NCBI RefSeq assembly: GCF_964204645.1
Contig: NC_134027.1
Span: 3,008,485 to 3,072,484, forward strand
Reading direction: 5' to 3'
Length of the DNA: 64,000 bases
Source: Tubulanus polymorphus
Lineage: Eukaryota > Animalia > Nemertea
The notes beneath the pieces were generated by a model. That model had not been told where the DNA came from. It made no database searches and saw nothing but the letters and a program-made list of their open reading frames with translations. The position numbers and the translations under genes are program-made. The stretch's first letter is position 1, and each line of letters begins with the position of its first letter. Positions 1-44,233 of the stretch are shown here, piece after piece.

Positions 1-1384
1 TATGTATGAATAGATGTTTTCAGGGGGAGGAGATTGATTGCATGGGCAGACGGGTGTCGTATGGTACACTCACTCAGACTCTGATAAACTGGGTCAAACG
101 CAATAAAAAAAACTATTTTTTTTGTTATGCAGCAGTTATTGTGAACAAAAACTGTTTAATGTGTGTGTAGAAGCTGCACACTCATATCACACGCAGTGCA
201 CAAAGACAGTCCCCAAAAAAAGACATGTTATTTCGAGGAACAGCTTGGAGTCTAATATCATTATTCATTATACAACAAACGCTGTCATAGAGCCATTCTT
301 TTATTGAACAATAAAATTTGTGCCTAATGATGTCAGACAACTGAGTGAAAAACTGGATTACTCTTTTTTAACGTGAACTGTAGATTTAAGTTACAAAGGT
401 CAATACCATTTCTCTATATCTATCTACACATAAGGATAGGATACATTAATGATATCCATGTAAACATCGAAGTGTTAGAACTTAGTAGAAAAATAAGTGG
501 TTAGTGTTTTACGTAAATGTCTAACTGACATTTATGATTATTAGAAATCTTTTAACATCTATTCCAATTTCATCGATATAATAAAGGCTACACATGTAAA
601 TATCCACCGTATCAACAGTTATATTTCTCAAATTTAGCTGGCATTGACCTCGAAATGTTACAAGTTTGATCAGAGTGGCCCATGCAATTAGTATATAGTA
701 TCTTATAAAACTGACTTAGAGTAAGTGCGATTACTTAACTCTAAGTATTAACCATAGCTGAGCCAGAATTCGGGTAGTCACAAGAGTGTATCATTAGATT
801 TGAAAGAACAACCAATTCTTAACTCTCATTCATTCAATTACATGTTGCAGTCATCAATTTGCTAATTAAACTGTTTTTCTTTATTTCTAAGATAAAGTCT
901 CCAATTTCATAATCGACGTAAGAGTTAAGACACTGATTGGTTTCCTTACGTTGTAAACATCCTAGGATTAATTAGAGATTAATTAAAATCGGGATTAAAT
1001 CAATCCAACTTAGCTTTGCGGAACAAACATCAACTCACCGTGAGGTTTCTCTATTATATATAGAAAAAACGTAAGAAAAAATGTTATACATCGAAAGGGA
1101 AGAGAGTCTGGTGGCATTCTAGTGGCCGGGTTTATTCAGAATAAACTTGAAAAGGTAATTACGTTACTAATTAAAATCAATGAAATTATTACAGTTTCAT
1201 TGATGTTGCTTGCACGTAGTGGAGCGCGGAAATTGAAGAGGGGATGAACAAGCGACGCAAACAAAGTATTTTTTCCCTGTCAATGAAGTTTGCCGATGAA
1301 ATGTCTCTTAACAAATCAAACAATAGCGTAGACTGTAATTTCCGCACGAAACATTATCAACGGGATATGATTGAGCCCTGATAT

Positions 1385-1595
1385 AAAAATCCCGTAGCAA
1401 GAATGAAATATAAGGTCTGAAAATTTTCCTCGAGCTACTAGTAGTAGTTCAATATTTCGACTATATCCCAATACACATCTTCAGAAATACTATATCATGA
1501 TACATGTATGTATGTATGTATGTATGTATGTATGTATGTATGTCCGTACGTACGTACGTATGTATATATATATATATACAATTCAGAACAAAGAT
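1385..1595 (-). mobile_element. Decayed copy of the hammerhead-bearing repeat family, interrupted by a (TATG)n/(TA)n microsatellite
   Basis: Aligns by eye to about 25605-25750 (aatccc..aatga..gtc.gaaaat..tcgag..tagtag..tttcgactatatcc.aata..catcttcag.aata..tatatatacaat.cag..acaaaga). Confidence 0.65.
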
Positions 1596-2336
1596 GTTTT
1601 TAATGCTGATATATTACCCTTAGTTCGTATCACATCTTATTGCTTGATTAGTTTTTCTGTTCTGGATTCTATATAAATCTCATAATTTTGTCATAAAAAC
1701 TGTAGTCTCACAACTGTTCCTGAAGTTGACTTTGTAAGAAACATTGAACAAACTACTAGCCCAAGGAAACTTATCAAACTTTATTTGTCATTCTTAGAGT
1801 TGGATTTTAAAATAATTGTTACAACATGGAGAGTGTTTGATCAATGGTTATGACGAAGCCTATAAACCCGTTACAGGTCTCATAGCTAAATGAATTTCAG
1901 TTCAAATGTTTCGAATTTGAATATGAATGAAATGAAAGGCCGATCGCAATTACGTTAAATCAAAAGTAAAAGACGAAGCTAAAGCCATGCCCCAGATGCT
2001 GAAAGCGTGGCAATCATGAATAACCGTTCGCGGCACATTGACTCAAACCGATTTATATTCGAAACGATGATAAAAATTACGTTTTACAACAACGACGAAG
2101 AAAAAAGTCGGCTGCTGAATTAACTCGATCGATAAGTGGCGAATCAATAATCAATATATAGAGTAGTAACTGGATGAAATGTTGAATTGATTCAACTGAA
2201 CAAACATGGCACCAAAAATCAATAATGATGCAACAATTTCTTTATCTCCGCGAGATCTTTTATGAATATCAGATATCACAACACGATTGACTTCATTATC
2301 GCGTATCTTTGAAATAAACGTAAATATTTCCATTAC

Positions 2337-35016
<32,680 letters not shown>

Positions 35017-38000
35017 GATGCCTGTTTTATTGTTTGTACGTTTTTATCTCCGATGTGTAAATTATCTCATTAGTTCCATGTTCTGAAATGAGAAGAACAA
35101 AGTAATAAATGAGTTCGATATTTCACACATATATAAGCGATAATACTTCCAACATTGACGAAATGAAATAGCTCAAACTTAGGTCAAGTTCATATTGCAG
35201 ACAAACCCATTATCTTACGCATACATTCTTACATGTTTGTGTGTATTATACTTTAAAAGGGTTTGCGAGGATTTTAAAGCAGAATTTACAAGGCATTTTA
35301 AACAAACACCCGGAGAATAACAGATTAGTAATACACCCACTATCAACTAGAAGGCGTGCAATTTAATAATTGACGATCTCTCGAATCATTATGAAACAAA
35401 AACGAAATTAAGATACTACGTACTTCCCACTACACCCCTGCCGACAAGTGGAATGTCATAGAAAAGACGACTTGAGAAAAAATTCCAAAAACGAGTTTTA
35501 TGTGTCAAGACACGTTCAAACTGGCATAACTTACGCCATATTTTCCCATGACATTTACCACGATCTCTGATGATCAATATATCTCAATGAACGGTAGAAA
35601 CGAAAATATAATGTTTGAAATGCTGCCTCATCGAGCTTCTTCATACCGCAAAGATAAACTGCAATGATAAAGTTACTTCGCGCCCATCGATTTCCAGCAT
35701 GACCTCAAATACTGAACTTTCCTAAAATCCCTGCTACACTATATCAAAACACGAAACAAACTTTTGTCATTTTCCCACAATCGTTCTATTTCACATTTAC
35801 CCCCTATTCAATATAGTCAACGTGTTCGACAAAAGCGACGGAATCTGAACTCAGAAAAACTGATTATAATACGAACAAAAATCTTAGAGCCTTTCTCCGT
35901 GCATCTCACCGGATGACCACCGTCCAACAATACATGAATAGCAATGGCTTTATAGGAGGGCATTTAACCAAACGGTGAATATAGTGTTTTATATGAGAAA
36001 GAAAGCATACACCATCTTGGTCACATAAATGTCCCCGGGCCATGTCCAATTTTTAATTCAGCTAATCACGACCCAAAATCTGAGGAATCATCGCGTTTCA
36101 ATTAGAAAATCAGCCGATAGTATTTCGACATTTTGATATTCAAAACAACATGTATTACCTCATACATATAAACACCTGCGTGAAGCTTAACGGCAACTTT
36201 TATCCCGTTTTTGTGACATTGCATGAATAATTAAAAGAAATAAATGTACAGACACCTGTCTCGGTAATTGCCTAGATTTGATTCAAGAGCTAATGGATAT
36301 ATCATATGCCATTATCACACATAAATCATGAAATATGTCCCGCTATATGAGGAACCAGCATTTTGAGAACTGTGCGATGACATAACGCAGCAATTTGCAA
36401 AGTGCCTAGAAACCGCATAATGCTACAATAAATTAATCTGCCCTAAACGAGGATTGATATCTTCGTAGAAGAGAAATGATTCAATATTTCAGATCGACCC
36501 ACAACCATCACTGCATTAAAAATCTAAAAGCTTATTTTCTTCAACTAATCTTATTTTCTAACTTTGAAATCGACACTAATGCAGTAATGGAGCATACTTA
36601 CCCGAAGATATAGTTGTAAGAAAGTATTGCTAAAAACACATGTTCCCCACTGGGACAGCAACAGTTCAGAAAAAGATGTTCCTTTTTGCGCTGTTTACAC
36701 CCGAGACATGCGCTTGCAGCACTCCCCCACAGCAACGGGTCAATGAAGCTCAGAGGAGTACCAAGGGACTTTTTAGCTTTTAAGCAACTTGTTTCAACGC
36801 GACTAATCAAAAAGTATCAAATATATCATTTATAATCTAGAAATTCATGTTCTGATAAGCAAAGCAAAAAGACGCTTTAACGCTAGCAAAAACTCACATA
36901 TGAATAAGGCAGGGTGAATTATCCTCTGATAAAATCTCAAATAACCTGATGCATTCTACAAGTATATGATTTACAATTTACCGCTTTTACATCGACGTGA
37001 AGCTAAAAATAAAACTTCCAAAACATGAAACTCCGGTTTTTTGCTTCCGCTACTTTGCATATCCTCAATAAATTACGACTCGCAATTTGAAGTGCCAACG
37101 ATCGCGATGTATCTTCTGAATCGGGGAACAAATCGCGAAAAGATTCGTTTGTTATCGTTGATAAAGAACGCGTATCGCGGCGTATTCCGAGCCGTGCATA
37201 AACGCCTCATTTCAACAAATCACAAAAACTCCTCTCTCCGAGCATCGGCTATAGAAACTTCATCAAAATGTGGGCCACGCCGCGAGATGATTTGTTATCG
37301 AAGAAACCCAAATAATACAACAGATTCTGTGGTCAAATTCGTGGTCAACTTCGTGTCAACCTCGTACATGCGAAAACTTTTGACATCGCCGTTGAAGTAC
37401 AAACCTTAGTATTGTAAGAGAACGGGTCTCGGTGGGTATCCGATATAGAGACACAGACAGCGACGAGAACAGCTCCTATCAGTAGCACGCCATGTGCTTG
37501 AATGAGACGTATACACACTGTGCCACCGACTAACGCTACACCCAATTAGACTACAGTCTACGATTCATATACAAAAGATTGCGAAATATTTCCTACTGAA
37601 CTCTTAATCTTTATATTAAATGCATAGTGAGATAATTAAATCAATCCCTAAACATAGATATCGGCGTTCAATTATCTTTCAGACTTTGATATCACAATAT
37701 ATAGCTCGGAGCTGCCTACTGCCATCTGATGTGTTAAGCGATAAAACACTAGTGCTGATATCAATAGAAATTTCAAGGGAATGCCTTAAGTCAACGAACG
37801 CATCAGAAGTGTGATTAAATAACATATACCCATTTTCAAAAACTTAACATTTTTCTGTCCTTTATACACTTGAAATACCTGACACGATATTAGGCCTAAC
37901 ACAAAACTTACTCTGAACTCTCGTTTTAGTAAAGTCCACAGAATGATAATGATTATGTAGTATGCTTAATGTGGCCGCTCCCTAGGTAGTCCGTTACACG

Positions 38001-39752
38001 GCGGATAATACAAAATACCTGAAATACCGGTATTTCACAATAGACAATTTACTATAGTGAGTTCTCAACAAATTTATTAATGGAAGCGTGACATCGGCTA
38101 AATACAGAAACTCTTGAAAAAAAAAAACGGCTGTTTTGACTAGTTTAGTTATGTCCCTAATATTGTATAAAATGTCCATTCTTTTCCAGCATTTAGATAA
38201 TGAATTGATTATGTAATACTAAGCCTTGGGCTTAGGAGATTAAGTTTTTAGACATATATATATATATATATATTAACAAAATAAGACAGATTCATGCTTA
38301 AGTAAAAGTGTTTTGTTGACTTGGATCACTGAGGCCATCACAAAGGCTACTTAGAAATTGTTCAGCAAATCATAAATATTGACATTTAAATGTTCAACTA
38401 CTGCCTAAATGAAACCAATTTGACATCTCTCTTTAAAGATGAAGTGATAGTTTGCTTGTCGTACCACTGTTAAGCACAATCAACTGGGTTTGTACAAGGT
38501 TTTTAAGGGGACTTTGTACATGTAAAATCCTGGTATCCCTGATGCTAAATTTTTAGATTCAACTACAAGGATTGAATGAATTATCCTAGGCCTAACGTAG
38601 TACGGGTAGGCCTATATTTAATATCTTTTAAATAAAAATATGGTTTATCTATTTTTTTGGAATAGGGAAGCAATACATTTCTTACATTGTCTACATGTAC
38701 ACAATTTTTTTGCTAAATATTAATTTATTTTGAGGTAAAAATTGCCCGTTTGGAATTAAAAACTCTGGGGGTCTAACACTGCATGGAAGCTATTCATTAA
38801 TGAAATGAGAAACTCTAGGTGGTAGTGTGAAAAGAATAAAGCATATTGACACCACACAAACCAGGAGTAGGACTGGTCACAACTGACTGGACACCACACT
38901 GACCTTGGTATGAACTAATTAGGGACAAACTTCCAACCTACGGACAGCCAGTCATTTCAGCTCAGTAGTCAAGCATACGTGGTTGGACTACCAGTTGCGT
39001 GACCCCAGGCCAGGGCCAGGCCAATAGTTTCAGCCTTTGACCCTGGGGTGCCCCTGAGTGAGGTATCACGGGGTACACTGGTCTAACTAATGGACGAGGG
39101 CCTCACCAACCACGAAGTAGTACGTACACCCCACCAGAGTTTTAAACATTGAGTTAGTTGAGGTGGTTGAGGAGAATTTGAAGGATTGATATTTTGGCAA
39201 TCAGTCAATAAATCAAAATATCTAACAGTTAATCGAACTTACTTGGCCAATTTACTATACTTATGAGTAGGAAAATTAAAATAAAGTTCATGAAGTTTTA
39301 CATCATTTTGATCCTCGCTCACTGAGAGATATTCGGTAGATGGCGCTACTAGACGGGGTGTAGCGCACCAGTGCGGGACGCGCTTCTGGCACGCGACTAC
39401 TAAACAACGTAACGAAGATGGGGAATCCCAGAAAACACGAATTCCGTTTTGACTAATCTTCACGAGATATACTACAATATTGTGGCTGAAATCACAGGTA
39501 TGTGGTAATATCTTAACGAGATATATATATATATATATACGAGTATTTGATGCTAAATGGACGGACGGGGTGGTCAAAACGGCTTGATTTTTTGAATTCT
39601 CTGAATTTAATATTCTACTTCTATCTAACTAATCTAGAATCTAGACTTCCGGGTTTTGGGTTTTTTGAAAAGTTGAATGAAACTCGAACTTTCGATATCT
39701 CCCGTTTGCGTAGAACTGTTTCAATGAGAATATTTACTTTCAGAAGAAAAGG

Positions 39753-42700
39753 ATGAATCATTCTGAGGTCGATTGTGCTTTACCCAGTTATACTTCATCT
39801 GATTTTGTTGTTTTATCGCGTGAAAATTCGGATGGTGATGACGTTGTTGCCGGAGCGGGAGACTGCGCCCCTCAAGAATTCGATAATATTCACTTCTCAT
39901 TGGATTCAATTACCAGCCACTTGAATCTTGAAGATGCGATTCAGAAGGTTCGAGATTTACTGCAAGAAAATCAAGAACTTAAAGGTAGCAAAATATTTAA
40001 CTTATAGCCTTGAATTCTTCTGTGCCCTGCAGTTTCAATGAAAAATTCTACTCTTAATCTTATTCAGAACTTAAGGAACTGGAGCCAGTTGATCAAAAGT
40101 TGTTAAGAGGTGACTGCTGGACAAATTCCAAATGTGATTTCGATTGTCTCGATGGTTGTCCACCAGTTTACTTTGAGTTAACCTACTTTTGAGCAACTGA
40201 CTCTGACCTCCATTATTATATCAAAGCCTAAGAAAGTTTATGAATACTTGCAGTAAAGTTGTGTGATACATTAATCTCTTATAGAAACATTATTGAAAAG
40301 TAATGCAGATATCAATGAGCAATGCCAGCGTTTGATTGAATGGAGAAAACAAACAATGGAGTCCAGCGCTCTGTGGAATAAGAAAGCCCAAGTAGCGAAG
40401 GAGACAATTGGGGTTTTACGTATAGAAAATGCTGAATTGAAGAGCAAGATTCAAGATCTTGAATATAGAGTTTCCGACGATAAGGAGGTGACTTTTTTCT
40501 CGCCATCATTTTATAATAAGGTCAAAAGATCTTCACGAATAAATCTTTGAAAAGCTTTCCTGATTAACTTTTAAAGATGCCGGACCTGAAAATCAGAATA
40601 ACGGAATTAGAAGCAGCCAATCAATTTTTGAAAGACAGTAAACAAGCAGCTGATAGAGAAATCAGTTTATTAAGAGCTGGAAATTTAGAAACTGTAAGTT
40701 TTTCATCCAATACCGATTATCAAATTGAGCTAGAATAAGTTATTTTCTCTTAAGTTCATTCATCATTATAACTTAAGCCCTTTTTTCCCAAGGGGCCTGA
40801 ACATCATCAATTTCCCATTTCTATCATGTATTTGTGTGACCTAAATTAAATTGATGATGAAATGAATATTATGTCATTATGTTTTATTATACTCTCTGTT
40901 TTCAGAATGATGTTGCTTCACAAATAAAGGCAGAGATTGTCGATAAAGAAGTCACAGATGCAGTAGATGGTAATCCTGGCCATTCGTCGGACGATAGTGA
41001 AATTGAGCATGTTTCTTGGAAAACTGAGGTTGCAGAGATGCAGAAACAAATCGAAGATTTGCGAGCTCGAGAAATCAGTCAGTCAGCTAGACATACTTCA
41101 GTGCTGAAAGAACTTGATATCCTGCGAAAACAAGTTGAAACCTATAAACAAATGGAAATCGATTTCTTGAATGCTCAACAAGAAAAGGAGGCTGTAATTC
41201 GCGCTGATGAGGCTCAAATTGAGCTCTTGAATAAACACATTTCGGAATACAAAACCAATCAGGTATTCAACGATATCAATGAATGATAACCTATTCAATG
41301 ATTTACTGTATTAACCATGATATTTGGTCATCATTTTTCAGGCTCAATATGAAACTGAAATCACAAATTTGAACCAGGCAATGAACGAGGAAAAATCAAA
41401 ATTCATTGTCGTTTTGAAGGAGAGGGATGAAGTTCAGGTTAAGATGGATTCGATTCTTAAAGACTTGAAAGTTTTACAAGATGAAAAAGGCAAACTTATT
41501 GAACAGAAACAGAAACTGGAAAATGAAAATGAGAACCTTGAAAAACGGTATAATGAAGTGAATGCTGAGAATAATTTGATGAAGGAAGAAATAGAAAAGC
41601 AGAAGAAATCAGTGGAAACAATGAACGAAGAGAAACATGTACTGTTAGCCATGAATAATCAATTGAATGCTGAAGCTGCTCGTGATAAGATTGATTCCAG
41701 TTTGTCTTATTTATTGAATACAGATGATCTTATGTCTCATGTTGATGAGTTCATTAAGGTCAAGGAGTCCGGTATGTATACATGGACAGTAAAAAAATTT
41801 ATCAGTTTAATCTGGATTTTGATCTAATACAGATAGAATTTATGATCCGCCTATACATAGATATATTTGAAATATGATGTTCAGTCAGGATTTCTCAAAG
41901 CGGATGAATTTAATCAGTTTCAAATGATCTGGATTAAATCGGTTCTACTGTCATGTTCTAATGAGTACACAGTTCATCTTAAGAATATTATATTTGTTCA
42001 CTAAATACATTTGTAAGTCGGATATCACGTATTATACAGATGTGAAAAGAGTAATGTCTGAAGTTCAGAAAGGTCCAGATCCAAAAGAAGCGGCTGAAGA
42101 CAAAGCAAAACGTGAAAAGGTAGTACATCAGCTGCAAGAAGAACGTGAACGAGTATGTAACCTGTCTGAGGAACTAAAAAGACAGGCTAATGTGGTAGGT
42201 TATCTCAGGTTATCTCTCTTATCTCAGTTGAGAGAGGAGTTGTGATAGCGTTCAAATATTCTCTATTTGCGCAGATCTCTGACCTGAAAACACAACTAGC
42301 ATCAAAGGAAACCTTGATGAAAGAAAATGCTGAGAAGGTTAGTTTCTATGAGCAGTCCTCAAGAAAATTACGGAAGGAAACTAAGGAACAAGTTGAAAAC
42401 CTGACACAACAACTGAGAGAATGTAAGATAAAGGAGGTACGTACGTTCACTATACACATTTAGAATTTATTGTCCTACATCATTGATTGGATTGTACAAC
42501 TGACAATAAAGTAAATGAATTTCAGACTCAAATGGTTTCGGTAGAAATGGTCCAAAATTTGGAAAAACAATTACAGACTCATATTCAGCAATATGAGTTT
42601 GTGCAGAAACAATTAGAAACCAGCAACAAGTTACTGGAAATAGAAAAACGAAGGTATGAAGGGCATTATACGCTTAGGAAAGTTGCATGAGAATCAGAAA

Positions 42701-43995
42701 AGTGGTTGGAAAAATTTAATGTATCTTCACTTAACTGCAACTTACAGATCTAAAGAGTTAGATGGTCAATGTAATGTGTACGCATGTGAGGTACAATCTG
42801 AGAAAGAGAAGGTTGGTCATTTAACTCAAGGTCTCACAAATTTCGAACAGATAATGGGAGTTAAAGACAAACAGCTAGCTGAGTGCAAGTATGTATATCA
42901 ACATTTAAATGTTCGTTTACTACTCCATTATTCGCTGGTAAGTTATTGGCACTGATCATGATGTTATTCAGAACCCAGTTGGAAGATTTAAGCCGTCATT
43001 TCAATCAGTTGCTGGAGGATCACCATGAAATGTTGAAGTCTTGTGAATATTACAAGACCAGATGTGATGATCTCGAAATACAATTGGTATGAAAATTTTT
43101 CAGTCGTATTCTCTGTCAAGTAGTTCAAATATTGATATCAGATTTATGTATTACATGAGCTTTTATTGTAAAACAGAAGAAACAAGGGACTGATCTACAT
43201 GGAAGAACTCAAGAACAGCTTAAACACGCTCATATTCAAATCCTTGGATTTAAAGAGGCTTTGGAAGCGAAAGACAATGAGATAGCAAAACTTCATTTAG
43301 TGCAGCGAGAACTGCAAGAAACAAAAGATCAATGTGTTGTCTTAAAACAACAGGTAATTCTTATTCTCAACACCTATAGTCACTTTTCTATCTCAAAAAG
43401 GAAATGCCATAAGCCATGATGATAGGACATGGTCAGTAATCTGAGATGCTCAAAAGATATATGCAATATATGCAATGATTATATTTCTATGTATTTCAGA
43501 TGGAATTGTACATGTCGGACTTCCAACAAGAGCGAGAAGCACGGGAGCAAGCACGTGCTGAACTAGAATCAGCGAAAGATGAATGCGAACGTTTACAGAG
43601 ACAAGTCGAGATGTGTTCCCGTGCAAATATAGCAGGCATGCAACAGAATGAGGAATATTCATTAGCAAATCAAACATACGGATATTATCCAGGTCACGAG
43701 CAATGGGTACATCCGGGTTACCCGTATCCTCCTCAACAACATTACCAGCAGCCCGCGGTGAGACATTTCTCTAGAAATGCGTCCCCAAAATATCTTTTTG
43801 TTTCCGAAATATTCTTACTGATCATTTGCACTGAATTCTATATTTCAGGGGAATCAAGCAATGGCACAACCGAATCAACGTGTTAACAGTGACCAATATA
43901 AGTGTCCGTGTTGTGGTAAACTATGTCCAGATGTCGACACGTTGCAAATACATTGCATTGAATGCCTCGACCGTATGGAAAATAATCCGAGATAA
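39753..43995 (+). CDS. Optineurin / NEMO (IKK-gamma)-family ubiquitin-binding adaptor, about 873 aa
   Basis: Exons 39753-39984, 40285-40487, 40577-40693, 40906-41262, 41342-41771, 42040-42194, 42275-42436, 42526-42653, 42748-42888, 42972-43086, 43177-43353, 43500-43757, 43849-43995 (phases consistent). NEMO-type N-terminal coil LLQENQELKETL...RLIEWR; UBAN motif LKQQMELYMSDFQQEREARE; C-terminal CCHC zinc finger CPCCGKLCPDVDTLQIHCIEC. A probable non-coding exon ends at 39497. Confidence 0.88.
40081..40203. mobile_element. MITE in an optineurin/NEMO intron
   Basis: TIR-like ggagccagttgatcaaaagt / acttttgagcaactgactc; a related end at about 62590-62612. Confidence 0.55.
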
Positions 43996-44132
43996 TTTCA
44001 TTCAATTGTAATTTGCTATTAGTAAGTTTACTTTTAGGTTTTATCATGAATTATATTAAACAATAATCTAATCTCTGATAGCCTAATCCTGTACATTTTG
44101 TTTTGTGAAACTCAGACGATGAATTTGGACAA

Positions 44133-44233
44133 CCACTCGGAGAGTTGGGGGATGTTTCCACTCGGAGAGTTGGGGGATGTTTCCACTTGGAGAGTTGGGG
44201 GATGTTTCCACTCGGAGAGTTGGGGGGATGTTT
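44133..44233 (+). repeat. 4 x 25-bp G-rich minisatellite just 3' of the optineurin/NEMO stop codon
   Basis: Unit ccactcggagagttgggggatgttt, near perfect. Confidence 0.95.
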
